Source: an uncultured Verrucomicrobiaceae bacterium (lineage in GTDB: Bacteria > Pseudomonadota > Gammaproteobacteria > Pseudomonadales > CAMLJR01). From it: a stretch of 64,000 nt of DNA. Position 1 is the first letter of the stretch. Each line of letters begins with the position of its first letter. Location of the stretch: the NCBI GenBank assembly GCA_964386045.1, contig CAYLRA010000011.1:7311-71310 (forward strand), read 5' to 3'. The position numbers and the translations under genes are program-made. Below are positions 31,584-42,313 of this stretch, piece by piece. A model generated the notes under the pieces. It worked only from the letters and a program-made list of their open reading frames with translations, made no database searches and was not told the DNA's origin.

Positions 31584-32876
31584 ATGAGCGAACAACAGCA
31601 GTTTCTCGATCGATTCCTCCAGTTTCTGCGCCGGGCACCGACGCCGTATCACGCAGTGCAGGTACTGGTCGAGCGGCTGAATGATTCCGGATTCACCCGA
31701 CTGGAGGAGGGCGAGCGCTGGAGCCTGAAGCCCTCCGGGCGGCATTACGTGATTCGCAACGGCTCCTCGCTGTTCGCTTTTGCGCTGGGTGCCGGCGACC
31801 CGGTAGAGCAGGGCGTGCACCTGATGGGCGCCCACACCGACAGCCCCTGCCTGAAGGTGAAACCGCAGCCGGAGCTGCTGCGCAACGGCTACTTCCAGCT
31901 CGGTGTCGAGGTCTACGGCGGCGTGCTGCAGAACCCGTGGTTCGATCGCGACCTGTCGATGGCCGGGCGTGTCACCGGTGTCGACGGCGACGGCAGGCTG
32001 GTCAGCCACCTGATCGACTTCGAGCGGCCGGTCGCCGTCATTCCGAGTCTTGCCATCCACCTCGACCGCGGCGTCAACGAATCGCGCTCGATCAACGCGC
32101 AGAACCACCTGCCGCCGGTGCTGATGTGTGCGGCGATGGAGAGCCAGCAGAGTTTTCGCGCGATGCTGCTGGCGCAACTGCGTCAACAGCAGCCGGGTGT
32201 CGAATTGCGCGAGCTGCTCGATTACGAGATCTGCCTCTACGACACGCAACCGGCGGCACAAGTCGGCATCGACGGCGAGTTCGTTGCCGGTGCGCGGCTC
32301 GATAACCTGCTCTCCTGCTTTATCGGCATCGAGGCACTGCTCGCCGCCGACGATGGCTGCGCGCGCGCTGCGGTGCTGACCGATCACGAAGAGGTTGGCT
32401 CCAGCTCGATTGCCGGGGCAGGCGGCACGCTGATGCAGTCGGTGCTGCAACGTATCGCCGGCAGCCACGAAGATTATGTTCGTATGCTCGACCGCTCGCT
32501 GATGGTGTCGTGCGACAACGCCCACGGCATCCATCCGAACTACGCCGACCGCCACGACGGCAACCACGGTCCGCTGCTGAACGGTGGCCCTGTCATCAAG
32601 GTCAACGCCAACCAGCGCTACGCTACCAGCTCGGAGACGGCGGCGCTGTTCCGCCATCTGTGCCAGCTCGAACAGGTGCCGGTGCAGAGCTTCGTCGTGC
32701 GCAGCGACATGGCCTGCGGCTCGACCATCGGCCCGATCGCCGCCACCGAACTCGGCGTGCGCACCGTCGATGTCGGCGTGCCGCAGTGGGCGATGCACTC
32801 GATCCGCGAGGTGGCCGGCAGCCGCGACTGCTGGTACCTGTTCCGCGTGCTGAGCCGTTTCTTCCGCTTTTCCTGA
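31584..32876 (+). CDS. apeB: M18 family aminopeptidase (aspartyl aminopeptidase-like)
   Basis: [12 protein letters not shown]..., [13 protein letters not shown], and a C-terminal MHSIRE motif are typical of M18. 430 aa. Confidence 0.88.
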   Translation: MSEQQQFLDRFLQFLRRAPTPYHAVQVLVERLNDSGFTRLEEGERWSLKPSGRHYVIRNGSSLFAFALGAGDPVEQGVHLMGAHTDSPCLKVKPQPELLRNGYFQLGVEVYGGVLQNPWFDRDLSMAGRVTGVDGDGRLVSHLIDFERPVAVIPSLAIHLDRGVNESRSINAQNHLPPVLMCAAMESQQSFRAMLLAQLRQQQPGVELRELLDYEICLYDTQPAAQVGIDGEFVAGARLDNLLSCFIGIEALLAADDGCARAAVLTDHEEVGSSSIAGAGGTLMQSVLQRIAGSHEDYVRMLDRSLMVSCDNAHGIHPNYADRHDGNHGPLLNGGPVIKVNANQRYATSSETAALFRHLCQLEQVPVQSFVVRSDMACGSTIGPIAATELGVRTVDVGVPQWAMHSIREVAGSRDCWYLFRVLSRFFRFS

Positions 32877-32928
32877 GGCGCGGTTCGCCCGACGCTCTCT
32901 CCGTTTCGCCAAAAGGTTTTCGTTCGCC

Positions 32929-33930
32929 ATGACCCAGCAGCCCCGCGTTCTCACCGGCATCACCACCACCGGCACGCCGCACCTCGGCAACTACGTCGGC
33001 GCCATTCGCCCGGCGATCGAGGCGAGCCGTGCGCCCGATGCCAACGCGTTCTATTTCCTCGCCGACTACCACGCGCTGATCAAGTGCCAGGACCCGGCAC
33101 TGGTGCGCCAGTCGGCGCGCGAGATCGCCGCCACCTGGCTGGCGCTCGGGCTCGATACCGAGCGCGCGACGTTCTACCGCCAGTCCGACGTGCCGGAAAT
33201 TCTCGAACTGAGCTGGGTGCTCACTTGCGTGGCGGCCAAAGGCCTGATGAACCGCGCGCACGCCTATAAGGACGCGGTGCAGAAGAACATCGACGCACAG
33301 GAGGACCCCGACTTCGGCATCACGATGGGGCTGTTCAGCTACCCGATCCTGATGGCCGCCGACATCCTGATGTTCAACGGCGCAAGGATTCCGGTCGGTC
33401 GCGACCAGATCCAGCACATCGAAATGGCGCGCGACATCGCGCAGCGTTTCAACTTCATCTACGGCGATACCTTCGTGTTGCCGGAGGCGATGATCGACGA
33501 CAACGTCGCCGTGCTGCAGGGGCTCGACGGCCGCAAGATGAGCAAGAGCTACGGCAATACCATTCCACTGTTTTTGCCGGAAAAACAGCTGCAGAAGTCG
33601 ATCAACAAGATCGTTACCAACCTGCAGGAGCCAGGCGAGCCGAAGGATGCGGACAGCTCGACCGTATTTCAGATATGGAAGGCGTTCGCGACGCCCGAGC
33701 AGACTGCCTACATGCGCGAACAGTTCGCCGCCGGTATCGGCTGGGGGCAGGCGAAGAAGGAGTTGTGCGCGCTGATCAACGATGAAGTGAAGGAGGCACG
33801 CGAGCGTTACAACGAACTGCTCGCCAATCCGGATCACGTCGATGCGGTACTGAAAAAAGGTGCGGAGAAGGCCCGCGCCGAAGCATCAAAACGACTGGCC
33901 CAGGTACGCAGGGCGGTCGGTATCGTTTGA
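32929..33930 (+). CDS. trpS: tryptophan--tRNA ligase
   Basis: [13 protein letters not shown] (HIGH-type) and KMSKS motifs. 333 aa. Confidence 0.93.
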   Translation: MTQQPRVLTGITTTGTPHLGNYVGAIRPAIEASRAPDANAFYFLADYHALIKCQDPALVRQSAREIAATWLALGLDTERATFYRQSDVPEILELSWVLTCVAAKGLMNRAHAYKDAVQKNIDAQEDPDFGITMGLFSYPILMAADILMFNGARIPVGRDQIQHIEMARDIAQRFNFIYGDTFVLPEAMIDDNVAVLQGLDGRKMSKSYGNTIPLFLPEKQLQKSINKIVTNLQEPGEPKDADSSTVFQIWKAFATPEQTAYMREQFAAGIGWGQAKKELCALINDEVKEARERYNELLANPDHVDAVLKKGAEKARAEASKRLAQVRRAVGIV

Positions 33931-33951
33931 TTCAATGCCGCAAGTCAGGGG

Positions 33952-33980
33952 TTGACAGCAACGTCGTCATCCCAAAGACT
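33952..33980 (+). promoter_or_regulatory. candidate sigma-70 promoter for the riboswitch-led transcript
   Basis: TTGACA at 33952-33957, a 17-nt spacer, then AAGACT at 33975-33980, about 10 nt before the riboswitch P1 stem. The -10 element is weak. Confidence 0.35.
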
Positions 33981-33989
33981 TGCCGCCGC

Positions 33990-34188
33990 TTCAGAAGGTG
34001 CCCGCCGATCTTTCGGTCGGTGGGTGAAACGGGAAGTCCGGTGACGCGCGAGGTTTTACTACCTCCGCCACTCCGGCGCAGCCCCCGCTGCTGTAAGCCT
34101 GACGAGACTGTTCGACCGCCACTGTGGAAACACGGGAAGGCAAGGGACAGTCGAGGATGACGGCGAGCCAGAAGACCGGCCTTCTGAA
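33990..34188 (+). promoter_or_regulatory. cobalamin (B12) riboswitch
   Basis: P1 pairing TTCAGAAGG (33990-33998) with CCTTCTGAA (34180-34188). Conserved core strings are GGTGAAACGGGAAGTCCGGTGA, GCCCCCGCTGCTGTAAG and GCCACTG...GGGAAGGC. The B12 box is GAGCCAGAAGACCGGCC. A ~250-nt expression platform precedes the receptor ATG. Confidence 0.9.
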
Positions 34189-34438
34189 CGAAATGATGGT
34201 GCGAAATCCGGGGTGTGGTTTCGTTCGTCGGCTGGATTTTCGATAAGTGTTCGCAGCGTCAGGCGAGATGGATAGCCATGTCCATCGCCGTGCGTTTGCA
34301 TGACTGTTGCCGAAATTTTCTGACCTGCGAATCCCTGCCTCGACCCGGCCACATGGAGTGGCATGGGTGTTCGTGCCATTGCCTTTTTTCGATTTGTCGC
34401 CGGGTGGGCGCGGTCGGTAGTTGCAGGGGTTTTGGCAA

Positions 34439-36550
34439 ATGGCCAGAAAGTATGTGTGCAGTGCGTTCCTGATTTTTGCATCGATGGCATCGCAACCGTT
34501 GTTGGCGGAGTCGGCGCCGGTCAACCTGCCGCCGGTGAAAGTGGAGGCGGAGGGTGAGCAGGGACTCAACCTGAAGCGACTGACGACCGGTGGCAGCCGG
34601 CTGAACTTGCCGCCGCTGGAGACGCCGGCCAGCATCGAAGTGATTCGTGGTGAGACGATTCGTGAGCGCGGTGATGCCGATCTTATCGGCGCTCTCACCC
34701 GCGCCACCGGCATCACCGACGTTTCCAGCCCCGGCAACGGCGGCACTGCGCTGGCGGCGCGCGGCTTCTCCGGCCACAACTCGGTCATGTATCTCTATGA
34801 CGGCAGCCGTCTCTATGTCGGCTCAGGCACGATTACCTTTCCGTTCGACCCGTGGTCGGTCGAGCGCATCGAAGCACTGCATGGCCCGGCCTCGGTGCTG
34901 TACGGCGAAGGTGCCATTGGCGGTGCGGTCAACATCGTGCCGAAGAAACCGAGCCGCAAGGCTGGCTACGAAGGGCGTATCGCCTTGGGCAGCGACGATA
35001 TTCGCCGCGCCGCGTTCGGTGCCACCGGACCGCTGGGCGAGCGCTTCGCCTATCGTTTCGATATCAGCCACAACCACAGCAACGGTTGGGTCGACAACGG
35101 CGATTCCGAAAGCCTGATGGTGGCGGGCGCCGTGCGCTGGGATCTCTCTGACGAACTGGCGCTGACGCTGTCGCACGACGATGGTCGTCAGCAGCCTATG
35201 CGCTACTTCGGCGTGCCGCTGCGCGATGGTCGGCTCGACTCGTCGCTGGAGGAGCGAAACTTCAACGTCGTCGACAGTGTGCTCGACTATCACGACAAAT
35301 GGACCCGCCTCAATCTGGCCTGGACGCCGAGCAAAAGCGTCACGCTGAGCAACGAACTCTATCGTCTCGAAAGCGATCGTCACTGGCGCAATGCGGAGAG
35401 CTTCTCGTTCACGCCGACAGGGCTGGTACAGCGCGGCGTTTTCCTTGAAATTCTGCACGAGCAGGAGCAGGTTGGTAACCGCTTCAACACAGCCCTGTTG
35501 CACACGCTGTTCGGGTTCGAGAACGAATTCTCGTTCGGGTTCGACATCAACCGGATCGACTTCAGGCACATCAACAACTCGCCCTGTTCCGGTACGTCGC
35601 TGGTCGATCCCTCCGCGCCGACGCCCGGCTATTTCACCGATGTGGCCTGCACAACGACGCCGGGGGTCAAGAACGATACCGCGCAGCACTCGCTGTTCTT
35701 CGAGGATCGATTCAAGGTCTCGGAGCGGTTGGCGCTGGTGGCCGGCGCGCGCTACGACAGCATTGAGCTGGAGCGCAGAGACCTGCGCAACCCGGCGGCG
35801 AGCTTCGACAAGAACTTCTACACGACCAGCTGGCGCCTCGGCACCGTCTACGATCTGGCCGAGGACCTGGTGGTCTATACCCAGTACGCCACGGGTTCCG
35901 ATCACTTGGGTTCGCTGATCACGACCTCCGTCGCGCAAGCCGATTTCGATCTCTCGACTGGTGAGCAGTGGGAGATCGGTCTGAAGCAATCGCTGCTGAA
36001 CGGGCGCGGGCAATGGACGCTGGCGTACTACGACATCGTCAAGAAGAAGCTACTGTCGCGCGATGCCGACAACCCGGCCATCCAGGTACAGATTGGCGAG
36101 CGCTCGTCGCGCGGTGTTGAGGGCTCCATCGCGTTCGATCTCGGTGCGGGCTGGCGCGTCGATGCCAACGTGGCCGTTCTCGAAGCGCGCTTCGACGACT
36201 TCAAGGAGTCGGTCGGCGGTGTGCTGATTTCGCGCGATGGCAATGTGCCGAACGGTGTGCCGCAGAAAACCGCCAACCTGTGGCTGACCTGGCAGTTCGC
36301 CAATGACTGGCGTGCCAACGCTGGTGCACGCTACGTCGGTGAGCGTTACTCGAACACTGCCAACACGATCAGCGTCGACTCCTACACCGTGTTCGACACC
36401 GGCCTGCACTGGCAGACGACGAAGAACATCGGCACGGCACTGCGTGTGTTCAACGTCACCGACGAGGTCTACACCACGTCGAGCAGTTCGACGCAGTGGC
36501 GACTGGCGCAGCCGCGCACGTTCGAGCTGGCGGTGGACTTCCGCTACTGA
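34439..36550 (+). CDS. TonB-dependent receptor, siderophore-receptor-like architecture
   Basis: Signal peptide MARKYVCSAFLIFASMASQPLLA, plug region ETPASIEVIRGETIRERGDADLIGALTRATGI, barrel ending ...FELAVDFRY. About 703 aa. Confidence 0.9.
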   Translation: MARKYVCSAFLIFASMASQPLLAESAPVNLPPVKVEAEGEQGLNLKRLTTGGSRLNLPPLETPASIEVIRGETIRERGDADLIGALTRATGITDVSSPGNGGTALAARGFSGHNSVMYLYDGSRLYVGSGTITFPFDPWSVERIEALHGPASVLYGEGAIGGAVNIVPKKPSRKAGYEGRIALGSDDIRRAAFGATGPLGERFAYRFDISHNHSNGWVDNGDSESLMVAGAVRWDLSDELALTLSHDDGRQQPMRYFGVPLRDGRLDSSLEERNFNVVDSVLDYHDKWTRLNLAWTPSKSVTLSNELYRLESDRHWRNAESFSFTPTGLVQRGVFLEILHEQEQVGNRFNTALLHTLFGFENEFSFGFDINRIDFRHINNSPCSGTSLVDPSAPTPGYFTDVACTTTPGVKNDTAQHSLFFEDRFKVSERLALVAGARYDSIELERRDLRNPAASFDKNFYTTSWRLGTVYDLAEDLVVYTQYATGSDHLGSLITTSVAQADFDLSTGEQWEIGLKQSLLNGRGQWTLAYYDIVKKKLLSRDADNPAIQVQIGERSSRGVEGSIAFDLGAGWRVDANVAVLEARFDDFKESVGGVLISRDGNVPNGVPQKTANLWLTWQFANDWRANAGARYVGERYSNTANTISVDSYTVFDTGLHWQTTKNIGTALRVFNVTDEVYTTSSSSTQWRLAQPRTFELAVDFRY

Positions 36551-36564
36551 GCGGTCGTGTCGTG

Positions 36565-38124
36565 ATGAAACTGCGCTGGAAACGCTGGCTCTACCTGTCG
36601 CACCGCTGGTTTGGCATAGCGCTGTGCCTGCTGTTCGTGGCGTGGTTCGTCAGCGGCATCGTCATGATGTACGTCGGCTTTCCGCAACTCGATCGTGACG
36701 AGCGGCTGACCGGGTTGCCGGCGCTCGACTTCTCGTCGGCGCGGCTGTCGCCGGTCGAGGCGGTGGCGAGATTGCGCGATGCCGATTTCTCTGTCGTCGG
36801 CGCGCCCGAACGCAACCTGCCGCGCGACGGCGTCGGCGACACGGTGTCGCCGACGGTGGTGCGGCTCGGCATGTTGCAGGGGCGCCCGGTCTATCACCTG
36901 CATCTCGGCGGCGCTATTCAGCCGCGCACGGTATTTGCCGACGATGGCGAACTGTTGCAGCGGGTGACGTTGGCGATGGCGCTGCAGACGGCGGTCGATT
37001 TCGCGCAGCGGCAGCGCGGTATGGCCTTCGCCGACGCGCGTCATGCGGAGCTGCTGCAGACCGATCAGTGGACGCTGTCGGCGGCGATGAACATTCACCG
37101 CCCGCTGCATCGCGTCGAACTCGGCGATGCGCATGGCAGTGAGCTCTACGTCTCGTCGACCACCGGCGAAGTGGTGCGCGACACCGCGCGCAGCGAGCGC
37201 TTGCTGAACTATGTCGGTGCGGTGACACACTGGATCTATCCGACGGTGATTCGGCGTCATCCGGAGCTATGGGCCTGGCTGGTCGATATTCTGGCTGCCG
37301 CTGGCGTGGTGCTCGCGCTGACCGGATTGTGGATCGGAGTGCTGCGCTGGAAGCGTCGGCCGAAGCCGGGAAAGCCGGCGGTTCCCTATCGTGGGCTGAT
37401 GCGGTGGCACTACTTCAGCGGGATTGTGTTTGGTGGCTTCGCATTGACCTGGGTTTTCAGCGGCTGGTTGTCGATGAATCCCGGGGGGTTGAATCCATCT
37501 CGGGCGGTCAGTGCACAAGAACGATCGGCGCTCAGTGGTGTACCGACGATATTGCGGGTAGCTGATTTCGTGCAACCGGTGCCGGTGTTCGATGGGCAGA
37601 CGGTTGAGGCGGAGTTGCTGCATGTCGATGGGGTCGCGGCTTATCTGATGTCGCGGCGCGATGGTTCTCGCCAGCTGGTTTCGGCGAATGATGGCAGTCT
37701 ATTCACTGTCGACCTGCCGAGACTGCGAGCATTGCTGCCGGCGCTGATGCCTCAGTCGACACTGAATCAGGTGCAGCTGCTGACAGGTTATGACAACTAC
37801 TATTACAGCCGTCATCCAGAGCGTGGTGACAAGCCACTTCCCACACTGCGTGCGATGTTTGCCGATGACGCCGCAACTTGGTTTCACGTTGATGTGGCGA
37901 CCGGACAGTTACTGGATCGCAGTACTGCCACCAATCGTCTCTATCGTTGGCTCTACAACGGCCTTCACTCGTGGGATATCTATTGGTTATGGCAGCGGCG
38001 GCCGCTGTGGGATATTGCCCTGATCAGCTTTTCGTTGGGAGGGGTATTGTTGTCGGGGCTTGGCGTTGTGGTTGGGTGGCGGCGACTTGGCGATGGACGC
38101 AGGCGGGGTCGTGCCAGAGTCTGA
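36565..38124 (+). CDS. PepSY-associated TM-helix protein (PiuB/iron-regulated membrane protein family)
   Basis: KRWLYLSHRWFGIALCLLFVAWFVSGIVMMY is the typical N-terminus. Further TM helices follow, including LYNGLHSWDI... 519 aa. Starts 15 nt after the receptor stop. Confidence 0.8.
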   Translation: MKLRWKRWLYLSHRWFGIALCLLFVAWFVSGIVMMYVGFPQLDRDERLTGLPALDFSSARLSPVEAVARLRDADFSVVGAPERNLPRDGVGDTVSPTVVRLGMLQGRPVYHLHLGGAIQPRTVFADDGELLQRVTLAMALQTAVDFAQRQRGMAFADARHAELLQTDQWTLSAAMNIHRPLHRVELGDAHGSELYVSSTTGEVVRDTARSERLLNYVGAVTHWIYPTVIRRHPELWAWLVDILAAAGVVLALTGLWIGVLRWKRRPKPGKPAVPYRGLMRWHYFSGIVFGGFALTWVFSGWLSMNPGGLNPSRAVSAQERSALSGVPTILRVADFVQPVPVFDGQTVEAELLHVDGVAAYLMSRRDGSRQLVSANDGSLFTVDLPRLRALLPALMPQSTLNQVQLLTGYDNYYYSRHPERGDKPLPTLRAMFADDAATWFHVDVATGQLLDRSTATNRLYRWLYNGLHSWDIYWLWQRRPLWDIALISFSLGGVLLSGLGVVVGWRRLGDGRRRGRARV

Positions 38125-38180
38125 TCCGAAACGTTAAATCAGCCCGGCACCTGCTGGCCGGACAGTTATCTGCAGGCGAT

Positions 38181-38888
38181 TCAGCCAGCGCTGTGGATAC
38201 CGCGGCGCACCGCCTGTTGCAGCTGGCTCAGCGTGACGCTGCGGGCGATCGACTGGCTTTTGCGAATGTGGTCGATCATCGCCTTGCGCGCACGCCGTAC
38301 ATTGCCTGCCTGAATCAGCAGGCAGAGTTCGTGGTGCTCTTCGTAGGTTTCCACCACCGCCTGCCGGTCGGGAAAGCCGAGCCGCCGCAGGATGCGGATG
38401 TGGTGGTTGATGTCGCGCAGGTAGTCGGCCAGCACCGGGTTGCCGCTGCCGACCGCGATGCTGATGTGGAAGGCCTCCTCCAGCGTCTTGATCTCATCCA
38501 TGTTGACGCTTTTCCTGACGCGCGCCGGGTTCCATAACTCGGTCAGTGCGTCCAGCGCTTCGCGATTCATCTGCCTGCAGGCGCGTTCGATCGCCTCGGC
38601 CTCCAGGCAGACGCGCACGTCGTAAAACTGCGTGATTCGCTCGATGTCGACCGGCCGCACGAAGCAGCCCTGCTTCGGCAGGATGGTGATATGCCCCTCG
38701 ACCTCCAGCCGCTGCAACGCCGCGCGCACCGGTGTGCGGCTGACGTTGAATTCGGTCGCCAGCTCCGATTCGGTGACGCGGGTGCCGGGGTAGAGTTCGA
38801 ATTCGAGAATCTTGCGGCGCAGCTGTTCGTAGATCTTCTGCGAGGAGAACTGGCTTTTCTGCAATGCATTTTCTCCAGAGATAGCCAC
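38181..38888 (-). CDS. GntR-family (FadR/FCD subfamily) transcriptional regulator
   Basis: Winged HTH ESELATEFNVSRTPVRAALQRLEVEGHI, then an all-helical FCD-like C-terminal domain. 235 aa. Confidence 0.88.
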   Translation of the reverse strand: MAISGENALQKSQFSSQKIYEQLRRKILEFELYPGTRVTESELATEFNVSRTPVRAALQRLEVEGHITILPKQGCFVRPVDIERITQFYDVRVCLEAEAIERACRQMNREALDALTELWNPARVRKSVNMDEIKTLEEAFHISIAVGSGNPVLADYLRDINHHIRILRRLGFPDRQAVVETYEEHHELCLLIQAGNVRRARKAMIDHIRKSQSIARSVTLSQLQQAVRRGIHSAG

Positions 38889-39097
38889 ATCTGAATTTAC
38901 CTTGGCACGTTAGTGCAGGCTCCGGGTCGTGTAAAGCGCCTCACGGTTGTGGTGCGCACTGCGCTGTTTGCGGGCGCAATGACATCTGCCCCCTTTAATA
39001 TCGTTCCTCTCGCTTCCCGGCACTTTTCCCAACCTGTTGTTTTTCAATCCCGTCGCCGAGCTCGGCATGTCTCGGCATGGATGATGCTTTATACCCA

Positions 39098-39113
39098 TCG
39101 TTGTATACAACGA
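39098..39113. promoter_or_regulatory. perfect 16-bp palindrome TCGTTGTATACAACGA, candidate GntR operator
   Basis: Its core TTGTATACAA fits the GntR/FadR-type (t)nGT-n-AC(a) palindrome rule. It lies in the divergent region between the GntR gene and the tsx-like gene. Confidence 0.6.
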
Positions 39114-39192
39114 CAAATACAAAGTGGTGCTCGCGGCGATGAGTGCGCGGCGACATCGAATGATGGCGACAGCTTCAAACAAGGGGATGGCG

Positions 39193-39993
39193 ATGGAGGC
39201 ACGGGAGAAAGGGCTGCTTCAGCAGCGTTGTGGCGGCGCGGTCAAGGGCGGCGTAATCAACATGTTCGGCCTGCCACTGATGGCGTTAATGCTGCCGATG
39301 GCGGCACAGGCCGGTAGTGCGCAGTGGAGTTCGACCAATATCCAGTATTTGCATGGCACGAACTATGAATTGGGTGACGACACGCGCTCGATCGTCACCC
39401 TTGAGCACGCCAACGGCTGGAAGTATGGCGACAATTTCTTCTTCGTTGACATTACCAATCCGGATCGCGACGGGGAGAACACCGGCACCGAGTTCTACGG
39501 CGAGATCTCGCCGCGACTCAGTTTCAGCAAGATCAGCGGTCGCGACCTGTCGTTCGGCATCGTGCAGGATTTCCTGATCACGACCACGGTCGAGATCGGC
39601 GACGCCGGCTCCGGCTTCCACAACTATCTGTACGGTCTGGCGGTCGACCTGAAACTGCCGGGCTTCGCCTTCTTCCAGGTCAACTGGTACGTGCGCAACG
39701 AGGTGACGGCGGGCACCGATCTCGGCCAGCAGGTGACGCTGGTGTGGCTGGTGCCGTTTTCGATCGGCCCGGTCGACTTCGCCTTCGAAGGCTTTCTCGA
39801 TTACGCCTATGGCAACGATCCGTCCGAGGACAACCTGCTGACGGCGCCGCGCCTGCTGGTCGATGTCGGCAAGTTCTTCGGTGCGCCGGGTGCGCTGCAG
39901 GCCGGTGTCGAATACCAGATCTGGCGCAACAAGTTCGGTATAGACGGTATTGACGAAGATGTGGCGCAACTGATGGTGAAGTGGGTCTGGTAG
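39193..39993 (+). CDS. Tsx/OmpK-family outer-membrane nucleoside-type channel
   Basis: FYGEISPRLSFSKISGRDLSFGIVQDF aligns by eye with E. coli Tsx [27 protein letters not shown]. Signal peptide ...LMALMLPMAAQA, aromatic C-terminus ...VKWVW. The start could be 39187, 39193 or 39262. Confidence 0.75.
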   Translation: MEAREKGLLQQRCGGAVKGGVINMFGLPLMALMLPMAAQAGSAQWSSTNIQYLHGTNYELGDDTRSIVTLEHANGWKYGDNFFFVDITNPDRDGENTGTEFYGEISPRLSFSKISGRDLSFGIVQDFLITTTVEIGDAGSGFHNYLYGLAVDLKLPGFAFFQVNWYVRNEVTAGTDLGQQVTLVWLVPFSIGPVDFAFEGFLDYAYGNDPSEDNLLTAPRLLVDVGKFFGAPGALQAGVEYQIWRNKFGIDGIDEDVAQLMVKWVW

Positions 39994-40023
39994 CTGCCGG
40001 TCAGTTTTTTCGAGGAGGAGAAC

Positions 40024-40695
40024 ATGGCTGCGATCACGCTGGCGGCGGAACCCGCCGCAATCGATCTCGATCTGGCGCGCACTGCGCTGCTGATCATCGA
40101 CATGCAGCGCGACTTCGTGTTGCCCGGCGGTTTTGGCGAAACGCTGGGAAACGATGTGTCGTTGTTGCGCAGTGCGATCGGGCCATGTGCGCAGGTGCTG
40201 GCTGCGGCGCGCGCGCTGAGGATGGCGGTGATCCATACCCGCGAGGGCCACCGTCCCGATCTCGGCGATGCGCCGCCGGCGAAACTGCAGCGAGGCGTGC
40301 CGAGTAAACGTATCGGCGATTTCGGTCCGATGGGGCGCATCCTGATTCGCGGTGAGCCGGGGCACGACATCATCCCCGAACTCTATCCGCTGGCGGACGA
40401 GCCGGTGGTCGACAAGCCGGGCAAGGGCTCCTTTTACGGCACCGATCTCGAACTGCTGCTGATCAATCGCCGTATCGAAAACCTGCTGGTCTGCGGCGTC
40501 ACCACCGAGGTGTGCGTGCACACGACGGTGCGCGAAGCCAACGATCGCGGCTACCGCTGCGTGGTACTTGGTGATTGCTGCGCCTCCTACTTCCCGGAGT
40601 TTCACCGTGTCGCGCTGCAGATGGTGTCGGCGCAGGGCGGCATTTTTGGCTGGGTATCGAGTTCGGAAAAGTTTCTCGCGGCAGTTGAATCCTGA
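40024..40695 (+). CDS. cysteine hydrolase (isochorismatase-like amidohydrolase) paralog 1
   Basis: D-K-C triad context: [33 protein letters not shown]. 223 aa. Confidence 0.82.
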   Translation: MAAITLAAEPAAIDLDLARTALLIIDMQRDFVLPGGFGETLGNDVSLLRSAIGPCAQVLAAARALRMAVIHTREGHRPDLGDAPPAKLQRGVPSKRIGDFGPMGRILIRGEPGHDIIPELYPLADEPVVDKPGKGSFYGTDLELLLINRRIENLLVCGVTTEVCVHTTVREANDRGYRCVVLGDCCASYFPEFHRVALQMVSAQGGIFGWVSSSEKFLAAVES

Positions 40696-40718
40696 ATCGT
40701 TTGAGAGGGGATCGGATC

Positions 40719-42302
40719 ATGAGTGGATCGGCACTGTTCAAGCCGCGGCTGTGGACGCCCGGCGACTGGAATGCCCTGTTCGGGTTTGGCACCAACATCC
40801 TGGTCAACCTGCTGGTGTTGACCGGTCTGCTGTTGTACGTGGTGAAGATGCCGGAGGAGATCGTGTTCGGTCGCATCCTGCCGGCGACCGGATTGATGCT
40901 GTTCCTCAGTACGGTCTACTACGCGTGGCTGGCCTATCGACTGGCGCAGAAGACCGGCCGCAGCGATGTCTGCGCGCTGCCGTCTGGTGTCAGCGTGCCG
41001 CATATGTTTGTCGTCACCTTCGTCATCATGTTGCCGATCTCCTTGTCGACCGGTGACCCGATTCGCGGTTGGGAAGCGGGGCTGACCTGGGTGTTCATCC
41101 AGAGTTTCGTGTTGATGATCGGCGCCTTCATTGCCCCCTGCATTCGCAGGATCACGCCGCGCGCCGCGCTGCTCGGCACGCTGGCCGGTGTCTCCGTCGC
41201 GTTCATCTCGCTGCGGCCGGCGCTGGAGATGTACATGACGCCGGTGATCGGCGTGGTCTGCTTCGCCATCATCCTGCTGAGCTGGTTTGGTGGCGTGCGT
41301 TATTTCAAGGGAGTTCCCGCCGGGCTGGTCGCCATCGCCGTCGGCACGCTGATCGCGTGGGGCAGCACGGCGATGGGGATTGGCATTGGTGGCATGAGCC
41401 TGGAGAAGGTGGCACAGGCGGTAACGAGTTTCGGATTCTCGGTGCCGGTGCCTGCGTTTGGTCACGTCTTCTCCGGCTTTGAGTTCCTCGGCATCATCCT
41501 CGTCACCGCGATTCCGTTCGGCATCTACGATCTGGTCGAGGCGATGGACAATGTCGAGAGTGCTGCCGTCGCCGGCGACAGTTTTCCGACCACGCGCGTG
41601 CTCTCTGCCGACGGTGTTGTCAGCCTGATCGGTTGCCTGATGGGCAATCCCTTCATCAATGCCGTCTATATCGGTCATCCGGGCTGGAAGGCGATGGGCG
41701 GGCGCATCGGTTATTCGGCGGCGACCGGCATCATCGTGTTGTTGTTGGCCTGGTTCGGTGTCATCGCGCTGATGAGTGCGTTGATTCCGGTGGTCGCCAT
41801 CTCGCCCATCCTGCTCTACATCGGCATGTTGATCGGCGCGCAGGCGTTCCAGGAGACGCCGAAGAGTCATGCGCCGGCGATCATTCTCGCGCTGATGCCG
41901 CACCTCGCTGCGTGGGGAAAACTGCAGATAGACAACGCACTGGGCGCGGCAGGCACCAGCGCGGCTGCGGTTGGCTTCGACAAGCTCGGTCAGACCGGTG
42001 TGTTGTATGAAGGGTTGGCGGTGTTGGGTGGCGGCGCAATTCTCGGCGGTCTGGTGCTGGGGGCGATCGCCGCGTTTGTCATCGAGCGGCAGTTGTGGCG
42101 TGCAGCGGCATTCGCGCTGGCCGGTGCCGCACTGACCTTCTTCGGTTTCATGCACGGCGAGCAGGTCGGTATTGCCGAGTCACCGATGGTGGCGCTGGCC
42201 TATCTGCTGGTGGCAGCGACACTGGCTGCCTGCGCGAAGTTCGTCAATGTCGACAGCCTGGCACCACTGCCGGTGCATGGCGAAGCCGAAGCGACGGCAT
42301 AG
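40719..42302 (+). CDS. divergent AzgA/NCS2-like nucleobase-type permease (527 aa)
   Basis: About 13 predicted hydrophobic segments. The region VESAAVAGD...[40 protein letters not shown] is collinear with the AzgA/AdeP core (...SVTGSFIGTSSVTAYIESSSGVSVGGRTGLTA). ATG at 40719. Confidence 0.7.
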   Translation: MSGSALFKPRLWTPGDWNALFGFGTNILVNLLVLTGLLLYVVKMPEEIVFGRILPATGLMLFLSTVYYAWLAYRLAQKTGRSDVCALPSGVSVPHMFVVTFVIMLPISLSTGDPIRGWEAGLTWVFIQSFVLMIGAFIAPCIRRITPRAALLGTLAGVSVAFISLRPALEMYMTPVIGVVCFAIILLSWFGGVRYFKGVPAGLVAIAVGTLIAWGSTAMGIGIGGMSLEKVAQAVTSFGFSVPVPAFGHVFSGFEFLGIILVTAIPFGIYDLVEAMDNVESAAVAGDSFPTTRVLSADGVVSLIGCLMGNPFINAVYIGHPGWKAMGGRIGYSAATGIIVLLLAWFGVIALMSALIPVVAISPILLYIGMLIGAQAFQETPKSHAPAIILALMPHLAAWGKLQIDNALGAAGTSAAAVGFDKLGQTGVLYEGLAVLGGGAILGGLVLGAIAAFVIERQLWRAAAFALAGAALTFFGFMHGEQVGIAESPMVALAYLLVAATLAACAKFVNVDSLAPLPVHGEAEATA

Positions 42303-42313
42303 GGAGAGCGGAG

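Noticed and set aside
34215-34472. 85-aa ORF inside the riboswitch expression platform.
   Set aside because: The product is Cys/Arg-rich and motif-less. The ORF lies between the aptamer and the receptor start, where a non-coding regulatory leader is expected.
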